Assembly (NCBI GenBank): GCA_963758635.1
Contig: CAVWWD010000008.1
Coordinates: 512,001 to 576,000 of the forward strand
Source: an uncultured Candidatus Rokubacteria bacterium
GTDB lineage: Bacteria > Methylomirabilota > Methylomirabilia > Rokubacteriales > CSP1-6
Direction of reading: 5' to 3'
Length of the DNA: 64,000 nucleotides
Part shown: in pieces, positions 50,837 to 63,893 of the stretch
Layout: each line of letters begins with the position of its first letter
Numbering within the stretch: position 1 is the first letter of the stretch
Notes under the pieces: generated by a model
Databases searched by the model: none
What the model was told of the DNA's origin: nothing
The model's input: the letters and a program-made list of their open reading frames with translations, nothing else
Program-made: the position numbers and the translations under genes

Positions 50837-51253
50837 ATGGCGAAGAAGGCAGCCGAGGCGGTGAGGACGCGGGCCCGCGGGGGATGCAGCGTGCTGGTGG
50901 TGGACGACGAACCGGACCTCTCATCGCTGATCGCCGAGCTGCTCGGCGCGCACGGCTATCGCGTCGTCACCGCGGAGAACGGCCGCGCCGCGCTCGATCG
51001 GCTCTCGCGGGCGAGCTTCGACATCATCCTGAGCGATTTCCGCATGCCCGAGATGGACGGCCCCGGCCTCTACCGTGAGCTCGAGCGCCAGCATCCGCAC
51101 CTGGTGTCGCGCCTCGTGTTCATGACCGGCAACGCCTTCACCGACGACACCGCCGACTTCTTCGCCGCCACCGGGGCGCCGTGCCTGCGCAAGCCCTTCG
51201 AGCGCGAGGACGTGCAGCGGGTGTTCGAGCAGGTGCTGACTCCCGTTCACTGA
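50837..51253 (+). CDS. Single-domain response regulator (receiver)
   Basis: VLVVDDE, IILSDFRMPEMDG, FMTG, LRKPF; RBS GGAGG. Confidence 0.9.
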   Translation: MAKKAAEAVRTRARGGCSVLVVDDEPDLSSLIAELLGAHGYRVVTAENGRAALDRLSRASFDIILSDFRMPEMDGPGLYRELERQHPHLVSRLVFMTGNAFTDDTADFFAATGAPCLRKPFEREDVQRVFEQVLTPVH

Positions 51254-51299
51254 CGGCCGGGCCGGGGCGCGCTCTCGCGAGCCCCGGTAGACTCTGGCC

Positions 51300-52355
51300 A
51301 TGACCTCCGAGGAGCCGCGCCTCCACTGGGCGCCGCCGGCGCCCGTCTCCACGGAATACCGCGTCGGTCTCTGCGCCTGGCAGGACCGGAGCATGCTCCA
51401 GGACGGCCACTTCTATCCGCGGAAGACCATGACCTCGGAGGATCGGCTCTGGTGGTACGCGCAGTTCTTCGACTGCGTCGAGGTGAACTCGTCCTTCTAC
51501 GCGCCGCTCTCCGCGGAGAACGCGGTCCGCTGGGTGAAGCGCACGCCGCCCGGCTTCCTCTTCAGCGTCAAGGCCTACGCCCTCCTCACCGGCCACCACC
51601 TGGACGCGCAGCGGCTCCCGCCGGAGATCGCGGCCGTGCTGCCCGCCACCGTCCGCCCCAACGAGCGCGGCCAGATCGACAACGCCTCCATTCCGCCCGC
51701 GGCGCGCGATTGGGCCTTCGACGTGTTCCGCGAGCCGCTCCAGGTGCTCGCCGACGCCGGCAAGCTCGGCTACGTGCTGTTCCAGATGGCGCCGTGGGTG
51801 CGCTACGGGCCCGAGGCCCTCGACTATCTCGGGAGCCTGCCCCAGCGCCTGCCCGGCTGCACGGTCGCGGTGGAGCTGCGCGACGCCTCGTGGCTGCCCC
51901 GGCACGCCGAGGAGACGCTCGCCTTCCTCGCCGCGCGCGGCCTGACCTACGTCTCCGTCGACGCGCCGCGGACGCCGGCGATGGTCGCGAGCACGCTCGG
52001 GCTCACGTCGCCGGTGGGCATCGTCCGCCTCCACGGACGGAACGCCGAGGGTTTCATGCGGCAGCTCCGGGGCGAGGCGCCGAGCGTGGCGGAGAAGTAC
52101 GGCTACCTCTACGACGAGGCGGAGCTGGCTGGGATCGTCGATCGCGCCCGGCGGCTGGAAGGCGTCGCCCGGCGCGTGTACTTCAAGATGAACAACAACG
52201 TGGAGGACGCGCCCGCCATCAACGGCGAGCAGATCAAGGAGCTGCTGGGCCTGCCCACCGCCGATCGCGCCGGGGTCGAGACGGCCTGGCAGGCTCGCCG
52301 CAAGACGGCGCGGGCGGCCCGGCGCGCCCCCGGACGACCGGAATCCGCGTGCTAG
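51300..52355 (+). CDS. DUF72 (YecE) family protein
   Basis: YAQFFDCVEVNSSFY, TPPGFLFSVKA, LFQMAPW, AVELR, VRLHGRN, YLY, MNN. Confidence 0.9.
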   Translation: MTSEEPRLHWAPPAPVSTEYRVGLCAWQDRSMLQDGHFYPRKTMTSEDRLWWYAQFFDCVEVNSSFYAPLSAENAVRWVKRTPPGFLFSVKAYALLTGHHLDAQRLPPEIAAVLPATVRPNERGQIDNASIPPAARDWAFDVFREPLQVLADAGKLGYVLFQMAPWVRYGPEALDYLGSLPQRLPGCTVAVELRDASWLPRHAEETLAFLAARGLTYVSVDAPRTPAMVASTLGLTSPVGIVRLHGRNAEGFMRQLRGEAPSVAEKYGYLYDEAELAGIVDRARRLEGVARRVYFKMNNNVEDAPAINGEQIKELLGLPTADRAGVETAWQARRKTARAARRAPGRPESAC

Positions 52356-52385
52356 AATGCTCCATCCAAAGCCCGGGAGCGCCGC

Positions 52386-52775
52386 GTGCCGATCTACGAG
52401 TATGAATGCCACGGATGTCGACGGCGGGTGAGTCTCCTCATCCTCACGCCGTCGACGGCGCCGGCTCCGCAGTGCCCCCGGTGCGGCAGCGCTGACCTCT
52501 CGCGGCTGATGTCGCGATTCGCCACCATCAAGAGCGAGGATGCCCGTCTCGAGTCCATGGCCGATCCCGCGCAGTACGGCGATCTCGACGAGAACGATCC
52601 GAAGAGCGTGGCGCGCTTCATGAAGCGCATGGGCCAGGAGATGGGCGAGGACCTCGGAGACGACCTCGACGCCGCCGTCGAGGAGTCCATGGACGACGAC
52701 GCCGGAGACGGGGAGGGCATGGGCGACCTCGATGCCGGCCCCTCGGCCGGAGGCGGTGACGACGATGGGCTGTAG
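52386..52775 (+). CDS. FmdB-family zinc-ribbon protein with acidic tail
   Basis: PIYEYECHGC...CPRCGS..L.RLMS.F. Confidence 0.85.
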   Translation: MPIYEYECHGCRRRVSLLILTPSTAPAPQCPRCGSADLSRLMSRFATIKSEDARLESMADPAQYGDLDENDPKSVARFMKRMGQEMGEDLGDDLDAAVEESMDDDAGDGEGMGDLDAGPSAGGGDDDGL

Positions 52776-52781
52776 TCGCTC

Positions 52782-53774
52782 ATGAAGGTCGAGGTCCACG
52801 CGAGCTTCGATGGCCTCGACCCCGAGCGCTGGAACGCCCTGGTCGCGCGAGCGGCTGGCGGCTCCGTCTTCCTCACCTGGCAGTGGCAGACCGAGTGGAT
52901 CGCGTCGTTCCTCGACGGCCGCGCGCTCCAGATCCTCACCGTGGTCGATCCCGCCGGCGCCCTCGCCGGCGTCCTTCCCCTCTACGCCGAGGCGGCGGGC
53001 CGCTGGCGGATCGTGGGCGGCGAGGACGTGTCGGACTACCTGGACCTCGCGGCCGCGCCCGGCGCCGAGGCCGCGGTGTGGGAGGCGCTCCTCCAGCAGC
53101 GAGGCGACGACGCGGCGGTGTGGGACCTGCGGGGCCTCCGCCCGGAGTCGCCCACGCTCGCGGTCCTGCCCGCGCTCGCGGCGGCGCGCGGCCTCGTCGC
53201 CACGGCCGAGCGCGAGGAGCGCTGCCCGATCCTGCCGCTGCCCGCGACCTGGGACGAGTACCTGACGCGGCTCAGCGGGAAGGATCGTCACGAGCTCCGG
53301 CGCAAGATGCGGAAGCTCGAGCATGAGCTGCCCGCGGTGACGGTGCGCGCCCACACCTCCGTGGACGGCTGGGACGAGGCGATGACGAGCTTCCTCACGC
53401 TGCACCGCGCGTCGCGGACGGGCAAGGCGCGCTTCATGGACGAGCGCATGGAGCGGTTCTTCCGGCGGAGCCTGCGCGCGCTCCTCGCCGCGGGGTGGAT
53501 GCGGCTCTGGTTCCTCGAGTCCGCGGGCGCGCCGGTGGCCGGCTTCCTCTGCATGGAGTACGGCGGCTCCGTCGGGCTCTACAACTCCGGGTTCGATCCC
53601 GCGCACGCGAAGCTCGCCCCCGGCATCGTGCTCCTCGGCCACGTGATCCGTGACGCCATCGAGCGCGGCGTGCCCGTGTTCGACTTCCTCCGCGGCGAGG
53701 AGCCGTACAAGTACGCGTTCGGGCCCGCCCCGCACGATCTCTTCCGCCTGTCCCTGGGCCCGGCCGCCCCCTGA
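52782..53774 (+). CDS. CelD/BcsL-type GNAT protein
   Basis: VFLTWQW, SDYLD, LPATWDEYL, ELRRK.RK, YNSGFDP...APG, FDFLRGEEPYKY. Confidence 0.85.
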   Translation: MKVEVHASFDGLDPERWNALVARAAGGSVFLTWQWQTEWIASFLDGRALQILTVVDPAGALAGVLPLYAEAAGRWRIVGGEDVSDYLDLAAAPGAEAAVWEALLQQRGDDAAVWDLRGLRPESPTLAVLPALAAARGLVATAEREERCPILPLPATWDEYLTRLSGKDRHELRRKMRKLEHELPAVTVRAHTSVDGWDEAMTSFLTLHRASRTGKARFMDERMERFFRRSLRALLAAGWMRLWFLESAGAPVAGFLCMEYGGSVGLYNSGFDPAHAKLAPGIVLLGHVIRDAIERGVPVFDFLRGEEPYKYAFGPAPHDLFRLSLGPAAP

Positions 53775-55021
53775 TGCTGCGCGTCGCCGTCCTCTCGGTG
53801 CACACGTGCCCGCTCGCCGCCCTCGGCGGCAAGGAGACGGGGGGCATGAACGTCTACGTGCGCGAGATGTCGCGCGAGCTCGGGCGCATGGGCGCGCACG
53901 TGGACGTCTACACGCGGTCGCAGGACCCGAGCATCCGGCGGATCGTCCCGCTGGGGACGGGCGCTCGCGTGATCCACCTGCCCGCCGGACCCGAGGCGCC
54001 CATGGCGCGCGAGGCCGTGCACGAGCACCTGCCGGAGTTCGTGGCCCGGCTCGAGGCGCAGCGGACCGCGGACGGGCTCGACTACGACCTGATCCACGCC
54101 CACTACTGGCTGTCCGGAGTGGCCGGGCTCACCCTGCGCGACCGCTGGCAGGTCCCGCTGGTCCAGATGTTCCACACCCTCGGGCGCCTCAAGAACACCG
54201 TGGCCCGCGCGCCCGGCGAGGTGGAGTCCGGCCTGCGCATCGGCGAGGAGGCGCGGATCGCGCGTCTCGCGGACCGCATCGTGGCCGCCAACGTGGTCGA
54301 GCGCGCCGACCTGGTGTGGCACTACGGCGCCGCCGCCGATCGCGTGGCGGTGATTCCCTGCGGCGTCGACACCGAGATGTTCCGCCCCATGGCCCAGCCG
54401 GTGGCCAAGGACCTGCTCGAGCTCCCGCCCGAGCCGCTGCTCCTCTTCGTGGGGCGGCTCCAGCCCATCAAGGGTCTGGAGACGCTGCTCGACGCCATGA
54501 CGCGCCTGGCCGGGCGCGCGCGGCTCCTCATCATCGGCGGCGACCAGGACGAGCCCGACAACGCGCACGCCGAGCGGCTGCGCCTGCGGGTGGACGCCCT
54601 CGGGCTGCGCGCGCGCGTGCGGTTCCTCGGCGCCCAGCCCCAGGACCGGCTGCGGCTCTTCTACGCGGCGGCCGACGCCACCGTGATGCCGTCGTACTAC
54701 GAGTCGTTCGGCATGGTGGCGCTCGAGGCGATGGCGTGCGGCACGCCGGTCATCGCCTCGCGGGTGGGCGGCCTCACCACCACCGTGCGCGACGGCGTCA
54801 CCGGCTACCTGGTGCCCGAGGGCGACGCGGCCGCGCTCGCCGAGCGCATGGAGGCCGTGCTGGCCGACGCGACCACGCGCGAGCGCCTGGGGCGCGAGGC
54901 CGTGCGGTGGGCGGCCGAGCACCGGTGGCCGTGCATCGCCGAGAAGGTCTGCGGCCTCTACTCGGAGCTCCGCCCCGCGGCGTCACCGCATCTCGATCAC
55001 GCCCGCTGTCGCGAATCGTAG
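53774..55021 (+). CDS. MshA-like GT4 glycosyltransferase
   Basis: SVHTCPLA.LGGKETGGMNVYV, IHAHYWLSG, FHTLG, VGRLQPIKG, PSYYESFGMVALEAMACGTPV. Confidence 0.85.
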   Translation: MLRVAVLSVHTCPLAALGGKETGGMNVYVREMSRELGRMGAHVDVYTRSQDPSIRRIVPLGTGARVIHLPAGPEAPMAREAVHEHLPEFVARLEAQRTADGLDYDLIHAHYWLSGVAGLTLRDRWQVPLVQMFHTLGRLKNTVARAPGEVESGLRIGEEARIARLADRIVAANVVERADLVWHYGAAADRVAVIPCGVDTEMFRPMAQPVAKDLLELPPEPLLLFVGRLQPIKGLETLLDAMTRLAGRARLLIIGGDQDEPDNAHAERLRLRVDALGLRARVRFLGAQPQDRLRLFYAAADATVMPSYYESFGMVALEAMACGTPVIASRVGGLTTTVRDGVTGYLVPEGDAAALAERMEAVLADATTRERLGREAVRWAAEHRWPCIAEKVCGLYSELRPAASPHLDHARCRES

Positions 55022-55029
55022 GAGGGACC

Positions 55030-56257
<1,228 letters not shown>

Positions 56258-56260
56258 TTC

Positions 56261-58704
56261 GTGGCCGCGCACGCGCGTGCGGTGATCGTCGGCGGCGGCA
56301 TCATCGGCTGCAGCGTCGCCTACCACCTCACGAAGGCCGGCTGGAAGGACGTTGTGCTCCTCGAGCAGGGCCGGCTGTCCGGCGGCACCACGTGGCACGC
56401 CGCCGGGCTCGTGGGCCAGCTCCGCTCGTCCGCCAACCTCACGCGGCTCATCCGCTACAGCGCCGACCTCTACAGCCGCCTCGAGGCCGAGACCGGGCAG
56501 GCCACGGGCTGGAAGCGCTGCGGCAGCATCTCGGTGGCGCGCACGCCCGAGCGCATGGTGCAGCTCAAGCGCGAACGCGGCCCTCGCGCGCGTCTACGGC
56601 GTGGAGGCCGAGGTCGTCGGCCTCGAGGAAGCGCGGCGGCTCTACCCGCCGATGCGCGTGGACGACCTCGTGGGCGCGGTGTGGATCCCCGGCGACGGCA
56701 AGGCCAACCCCGCCGACGTCACGCAGGCGCTGGCCCGCGGCGCGCGCGCGGGCGGGGCCACGCTGCGCGAGGGCGTCCGCGTCACCGGCGTGCGCGTCCG
56801 GCGCGGGGCGGTGGCGGGCGTCGACACCTCGGATGGCGCCATCGACGCCGAGGTGGTCGTCAACTGCGCGGGGATGTGGGCGCGGGAGCTCGGGCGCATG
56901 AGCGGCGTCACGATTCCGCTGCATGCGTGCGAGCACATGTACATGGTCACGCAGCCCATGGCCGGCGTCGGCGCCGACCTGCCCGTGATGCGGGACGCCG
57001 ACGGCCACGTCTACTTCAAGGAGGAGGTGGGCGGGCTCCTCATGGGCGGCTTCGACCCGTGGGCCAAGCCGTGGGGCATGGACGGCATCCCGCCGGACTT
57101 CAGCTTCGCGACCCTGCCGGAGGACTGGGAGAAGTTCGAGGTCCTCATGTCGAACGCGATCGTGCGCGTGCCCGATCTCGAAGGCGCCGCGGTGCGCCTG
57201 CTCATGAACGGGCCGGAGAGCTTCACCCCGGACAACTACTTCATCCTCGGCGAGGCGCCCGAGCTGCGCCGCTACTACGTCGCCGCCGGCTTCTGCTCCG
57301 GCGGCATCGCGGCGGCGGGCGGCGCGGGGCACGCCCTCGCGGAGTGGATCGTCGCGGACCGCGCGCCGATGGACCTCTGGCCGGCCGACATGCGCCGCTT
57401 CGCGCCCTTCCACGGCGACGCGCGGCTTCCTGCGCGAGCGCGCGAGCGAGATCGTCGGGCGTGCACTACTTCGTGGCCTTCCCGAACCGCGAGCTCGAGA
57501 GCGGCCGGGGGCTCCGCCGCTCGCCGCTCTACGACCGGCTCCGGACGCGCGGCGCCGCCTTCGGCGCCAAGATGGGCTGGGAGCGCGCCAACTGGTTCGC
57601 GCGGGACCGGCGAGCCGGCGGAGACCGACGTACTCGTTCGGCCGGCAGAACTGGTTCGATCGCGTGGCCGCGGAGCACCGCGCCACCCGCGAGGCGGTGG
57701 CCGTCTTCGACCAGACCTCGTTCGGCAAGCTCCTCCTCGAGGGGCCCGATGCCGCCGCCGTGCTCCAGCGCCTGTGCGCCAACGACGTGGACGTGCCGGC
57801 CGGGGCGCCTCGTCTACACGGGCATGCTGAACGAGCAGGGGGGCTACGAGAGCGACTTCACGGTGACGCGGCTGGCCGAGGACGCGTTCCTGATCGTGAC
57901 CGGATCCGCCCAGACCACGCGGGACGCGTCGTGGATCCGGCGGCAACGTTCCGGACGGGGCGCAGGGCGAGCCTGACCGACGTCACCGCCGCGTGGGCGG
58001 TGCTGGGCGTCATGGGCCCCCGGTCGCGCGAGCTCCTGTCGCGCCTCACCGCCGCCGAGCTGTCGAACGACGCGTTCCCGTTCTCCACGATGCGTGAGAT
58101 CGACGTCGGGCACGCGCCCGTCCGCGCCGCCCGCATCACCTACGTGGGCGAGCTCGGCTGGGAGCTCTACGTGCCGGTGGAGTTCGCCGCCGGCCTCTAC
58201 GAGGCGCTCCTCGGGGCAGGGGCGGACCTGGGGCTCGCCGACGCCGGCTACTACGCCATCGACTCCCTCCGCGTGGAGAAGGCGTACCGCGCGTGGGGCC
58301 GCGAGCTCACCACCGAGGACGGCCCGGTCGAGGCCGGCCTCGCCTTCGCGGTGCGTCCCGACAAGCCCGGCGGCTTCATCGGACGGGACGCCTTCCTCCG
58401 GGCCCGCGAGCAGCCGCTGACCCGGCGGCTCGTGAGCTTCGTCCTCGAGGATCCGGCCGCGCTTGCGTGGGGCGACGAGCCCATCCTGTGCGACGGCCGT
58501 GTCGTGGGCTCCGTGAGCTCGGCCGCGTTCGGCCACACGCTGGGCCGCGCGGTGGCGCTCGGGTACGTCACGCACCCGGACGGCGTGGACGCGTCGCTCC
58601 TGGGCGGGGCCACGTTCGAGCTCGACATCGGCGGCGAGCGATTCAAGGCGCGGGCCGGGCTGCGGGCGCCGTACGATCCCGAGGGCCTGCGCGCGAAGGT
58701 CTGA
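56261..58704 (+). CDS. Dimethylglycine/sarcosine dehydrogenase-like FAD oxidoreductase with GcvT (THF-binding) domain, several frameshifts
   Basis: VIVGGGIIG, SGGTTWHAAG, NGPESFTPD, GIAAAGGAG, GWERANWF, DQTSFGK, YTGMLN..GGYESD, RITYVGELGWE, LRVEKAY, APYDP. Confidence 0.9.
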
Positions 58705-58820
58705 GAGCGATGTGAATGAGCGGCGAGAGGGCACTCCGCGTGTACGCAGAATCGCGGTGTTGGCCCTCTTGGCGACGTCAAGATCCGCGTATCTTCACAA
58801 CCGAGACGAGGAGAGCAGCC

Positions 58821-59948
58821 ATGAGCGATCCGTTTCTCCTGACCCCCGGGCCCCTCACCACGTCCTCGGCCACGAAGGAAGCGATGCTCCACGACTGGGG
58901 CTCGCGGGACCTCGAGTTCATCCGCATGAACGCGCGGGTCCGCGACCGATTGCTCGACCTGGCGGGCGGGCGTGGCAGCCATGTCTGCGTGCCGCTCCAG
59001 GGCAGCGGCACGTTCATCGTCGAGGCCATGGTGGGCACGCTGGTGCCGCCGGGCGGGAAGCTCCTCGTGCTGGTCAACGGCGCGTACGGGCGTCGCGTGG
59101 TCCGGATCTGCGAGTACTACCGGCGCGCCGTCGCGGTGCTCGAGACCCCCGAGGACACGCCGGTCGACCCTGCCGCCCTGGACGCCGCGCTCGGCGCCGA
59201 CCCCGCGATCAGCCACGTCCTCGTGGTCCACTGCGAGACCACGTCCGGCGTGCTGAACCCCGTGGCCGAGGTGGCCGCGGTGACGGCGCGGCGGAGCCGC
59301 CGCCTCCTGGTCGATGCGATGAGCGCCTTCGGCGCCATCCCGCTGGACGCCGCCCGCGTGCCCTACGACGCGCTGGTCGCCTCGTCCAACAAGTGCCTGG
59401 AGGGCGTGCCGGGCGTGGGCTTCGCCATCGTGCGCCAGGCGGCGCTCGAAGAGGCGGCGGGCCAGGCGCCCTCGCTCAGCCTCGACCTGCACGACCAGTG
59501 GGTCGTGATGGAGAAGACCGGCCAGTGGCGGTTCACGCCGCCCACCCACGTGATCGCCGCCCTCGACCAGGCCATCGCCGAGCACGCGGCGGAGGGCGGG
59601 GTGGCCGGGCGCGGTGGCCGCTATGCCCGGAACTGCCGGGTGCTCGTGGATGGGCTCCGGGCCCTCGGCTTCCGGACGCTGCTGCCGGACGACCGCCAGG
59701 CGCCGATCATCGTCACCGTGCACATGCCGGGGGACGCGCGCTTCGCGTTCGACGCCTTCTACGCCGAGCTGGCGCGGCGCGGCTTCGTCATCTACCCCGG
59801 CAAGCTCACCGTGGCCGACAGCTTCCGCATCGGCTGCATCGGGCGGCTGGGCGAGGCGGAGATGCGGGGCGTCCTCGCCGCGATCCGGGAGATCCTGGCC
59901 GACATGGGCGTGACCGACTGCGCCCCGCGGACCGCCTCCCGAGACTGA
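58821..59948 (+). CDS. phnW: 2-aminoethylphosphonate--pyruvate transaminase
   Basis: LLTPGPLTTS, DWGSRD, QGSGTF, VHCETTSG.LNP, DAMSAFG, PLP-Lys SSNKCLEGVPG, QWRFTPPTH, IYPGKLT. Confidence 0.92.
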   Translation: MSDPFLLTPGPLTTSSATKEAMLHDWGSRDLEFIRMNARVRDRLLDLAGGRGSHVCVPLQGSGTFIVEAMVGTLVPPGGKLLVLVNGAYGRRVVRICEYYRRAVAVLETPEDTPVDPAALDAALGADPAISHVLVVHCETTSGVLNPVAEVAAVTARRSRRLLVDAMSAFGAIPLDAARVPYDALVASSNKCLEGVPGVGFAIVRQAALEEAAGQAPSLSLDLHDQWVVMEKTGQWRFTPPTHVIAALDQAIAEHAAEGGVAGRGGRYARNCRVLVDGLRALGFRTLLPDDRQAPIIVTVHMPGDARFAFDAFYAELARRGFVIYPGKLTVADSFRIGCIGRLGEAEMRGVLAAIREILADMGVTDCAPRTASRD

Positions 59949-60065
59949 GCGCGCGCGAGGCTCCTCAATACGCAGGGGCGGGCGGGCGAAGCCCGGGCGC
60001 CCGCCCCGAAAGACCGTGACGGGCTTGCGATCTGGAGTACAATCGGCCCCCGAGGCGCCGGAAAC

Positions 60066-61060
<995 letters not shown>

Positions 61061-61064
<4 letters not shown>

Positions 61065-62053
61065 CGGAGACGGCCGGGCGCGACGACGTGATCCTGGAGG
61101 TGCGGAACCTCGTCAAGCACTTCCAGGTCAACGCCGGGTTCTTCGGGCGCGCCGGCGGCACCGTCAAGGCCGTCGACGGCGTGAGCTTCTCGATCCGCCG
61201 CGGCGAGACCCTGGGCCTGGTCGGCGAGTCCGGCTGCGGCAAGACCACCACCGGCCGGTGCATCCTCCAGCTCGAGCAGCCCACGAGCGGCGAGGTGCTC
61301 TTCGAGGGCAAGGACCTCGCCACGGTCTCGGGCGCGGAACTGCGGCGGATGCGGCGGAAGATCCAGGTCATCTTCCAGGACCCGTACAGCTCGCTGAACC
61401 CGCGCATGACGGTGGGCCAGATCATCGGCGAGCCGCTCGCCGTGCACGGGATCGTGCCCGGCCGCCCGGCCCGCGCGGCGCGGGTGCGGGAGCTCCTCAC
61501 GCACGCCGGGCTCCTTCCCGCGATGGCCGACCGCTACCCGCACGAGCTCTCCGGCGGCCAGCGCCAGCGCGTGGGGATCGCCCGGGCCCTGGCCATGGAG
61601 CCCGAGCTGATCGTGTGCGACGAGCCGGTCTCGGCCCTGGACGTGTCGATCCAGGCCCAGATCATCAACCTCCTCGAGGACCTGCAGTCCCGCTTCGGCC
61701 TCACGTACCTGTTCGTGGCCCACGACCTCTCCGTGGTCCGGCACATCTCCGACCGGGTCGCCGTCATGTACCTGGGCAAGATCGTCGAGATCACCGACCG
61801 GAAGTCCCTCTACGAGAGCCCGCAGCATCCGTACACGAAGGCGCTCCTGTCCGCGGTTCCCATTCCCGACCCCGTCGTCGAGGCCGGGCGCGAGCGGATC
61901 GTGCTCGGCGGCGAGGTGCCGAGCCCGCTCAATCCGCCCTCGGGCTGCGTATTCCATCCGCGGTGTCCGATCGCCATCGACGAGTGCAGCCGCGTCATCC
62001 CCGACCTCCGCGAGATCCGCCCCGATCACCGGGCTGCCTGCATCCGGCTGTGA
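61061..62053 (+). CDS. Peptide ABC transporter ATP-binding protein (DppF/OppF-like)
   Basis: [45 protein letters not shown]. Confidence 0.9.
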
Positions 62054-62069
62054 CGCGACGCATTGAGCC

Positions 62070-62097
62070 TTGACAGCGGGGCGGTCTGACCGATACT
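62070..62097 (+). promoter_or_regulatory. Sigma70-like promoter upstream of the substrate-binding protein gene
   Basis: TTGACA 62070-62075, 16 nt, GATACT 62092-62097. Confidence 0.5.
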
Positions 62098-62254
62098 TGT
62101 CAGCGCAACCCTCCGCGCAACCCCCCGGGAACCTTTGCGTTCCTTCCCGGGTTGGTCGCGGTGAGGAGGCGGCTTCCGGCGCGGGCGGCTCCCCATTCGG
62201 GCGGTCTTCACGCGCGGCGCGACATGTGATCCCAACGAAGGAGGAGAGAGTCCC

Positions 62255-63868
62255 TTGCGAGATCTGAGGAGCGCGAAAGCGGCCGTCGTCGCCTCGCTGG
62301 TCGCGGTGGTGTGCTTACTGGCTGCCCTTCCCGCGACGGCCCAGGAGAAGCCACGGCACGGCGGCGAGCTGATCTTCCTCGTGCCGTCGGAGCCGCCTTC
62401 CTACGACGCCCATCGCGAGGGAACGTTCGGCACCGTCCAGCCGCTCGCCCCCTTCTACAGCACGCTGCTCCGCATGGATCCGTTCGACAAGACGGGCACC
62501 AGGCCGGTGGCCGACGCCGCGGAGTCATGGACGATCTCGAAGGACGGCCTGGTCTACACCCTCAAGCTTCGCCAGGGCATCAAGTTCCACGACGGCGGCG
62601 AGATGACCTCGCGCGACGTGAAGGCCAGCTACGACAAGATCGTGTCCCCGCCCGCCGGCATCGTCTCGTACCGCAAGGGCACCTACCGGGCGGTGGAGGC
62701 GGTCGAGGCGCCCGACAAGTACACGATCCGCTTCCGGCTGAAGTGGCCGGAGGCGTCGTTCCTCGTGAACCTGGCCTCGCCGTACAGCTGGATCTACAAG
62801 GCCGACATCCTCGCCAAGGACCTCCGCTGGTACGAGACGAACGTGATGGGCACCGGCGCGTTCAAGTTCGTCGAGCACGTCAAGGGCTCGCACATGGTCG
62901 GCAAGAAGAACCCCGACTACTGGGACAAGGGCAAGCCCTACCTCGACGGCTTCCGGGCGATGTTCATCAGCTCCTCGTCCGCGCAGGTCGCGGCGATCCG
63001 GGGTGAGCGCGCCCACATCCAGTTCCGTGGCTTCAGCCCGGCCGACCGCGACGGCCTCGTGCAGGCGCTCGGGCCGAAGATCACGGTGCAGGAGAGCCCG
63101 TGGAACTGCGTGCTGCTGGTCGCGATGAACCACGACAAGAAGCCCTTCGGGGACAAGCGGGTCCGGAAGGCCCTCACGCTGGCCCTGGACCGGTGGGAGG
63201 CGTCCAAGAATCTCTCACGCATCGCCGTCGTGAAAGAGGTGGGCGGTATCCAGACCCCGGGCACCCAGTGGGCGACGCCGCCGGAGGAGCTCGAGAAGCT
63301 GGCCGGCTACGGCCGTGACGTCGGGAAGTCCCGGGCCGAGGCCCGGCGGCTCCTGAAGGAGGCGGGCGTTCCCGAGGGCTTCGCCTTCACCTTCAAGAAC
63401 CGCGGCATTCCCCAGCCGTACGAGCCGGTGGGCATCTGGCTGATCGACCAATGGCGTCAGATCGGCATCAACGTGAAGCAGGAGGTCGTGGAGGCGTCCG
63501 CGTACCACCCCATGCTGCTGCGCGGCGATTACGACGTGGCCATGGACTTCCAGTGCAGCTTCGTGGTCGAGCCGGACGTCGACATCGCCAAGTTCCAGTC
63601 GCACGGGATCGCGGAGAATAACTTCACGCGGCACAAGGACCCCGTGCTCGACGACCTGTTCGTCAAGCAGGCCCGGGCGATCGACCCGGAGGAGCGGAAG
63701 AAGCACCTGCGGGCGTTCGAGAAGCGTCTTCTCGACGAGGAGGTCCATTCCATCTACACGCTGCACCAGCATCGGATCATCCCTCACAGCTCGAAGGTCA
63801 AGGGGTGGACGGTCACGCCCAGCCACTACCTGAACCACCAGCTCGACACGGTCTGGCTGGCCGAATGA
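62255..63868 (+). CDS. Family 5 (peptide/nickel-type) ABC substrate-binding protein
   Basis: Signal peptide, KPRHGGEL, AESWTISKDGLVYT..LRQGIKFHDG..TSRDVKAS, GTGAFK, NPDYW..GKPYLD; TTG start after GGAGGAG. Confidence 0.9.
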   Translation: MRDLRSAKAAVVASLVAVVCLLAALPATAQEKPRHGGELIFLVPSEPPSYDAHREGTFGTVQPLAPFYSTLLRMDPFDKTGTRPVADAAESWTISKDGLVYTLKLRQGIKFHDGGEMTSRDVKASYDKIVSPPAGIVSYRKGTYRAVEAVEAPDKYTIRFRLKWPEASFLVNLASPYSWIYKADILAKDLRWYETNVMGTGAFKFVEHVKGSHMVGKKNPDYWDKGKPYLDGFRAMFISSSSAQVAAIRGERAHIQFRGFSPADRDGLVQALGPKITVQESPWNCVLLVAMNHDKKPFGDKRVRKALTLALDRWEASKNLSRIAVVKEVGGIQTPGTQWATPPEELEKLAGYGRDVGKSRAEARRLLKEAGVPEGFAFTFKNRGIPQPYEPVGIWLIDQWRQIGINVKQEVVEASAYHPMLLRGDYDVAMDFQCSFVVEPDVDIAKFQSHGIAENNFTRHKDPVLDDLFVKQARAIDPEERKKHLRAFEKRLLDEEVHSIYTLHQHRIIPHSSKVKGWTVTPSHYLNHQLDTVWLAE

Positions 63869-63893
63869 CGGCCGGCATGGAAGGGGACCCTCG

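Noticed and set aside
53774..55021. Calling a complete mycothiol pathway
   Set aside because: Only an MshA-like gene is present; mshB, mshC and mshD are not seen in the window.
59973..60010. GC hairpin after phnW (GGGGCGGGCG...CGCCCGCCCC) as a Rho-independent terminator
   Set aside because: Strong stem but no U-tract on the plus strand; it could be a REP-like element, so it is left uncalled.
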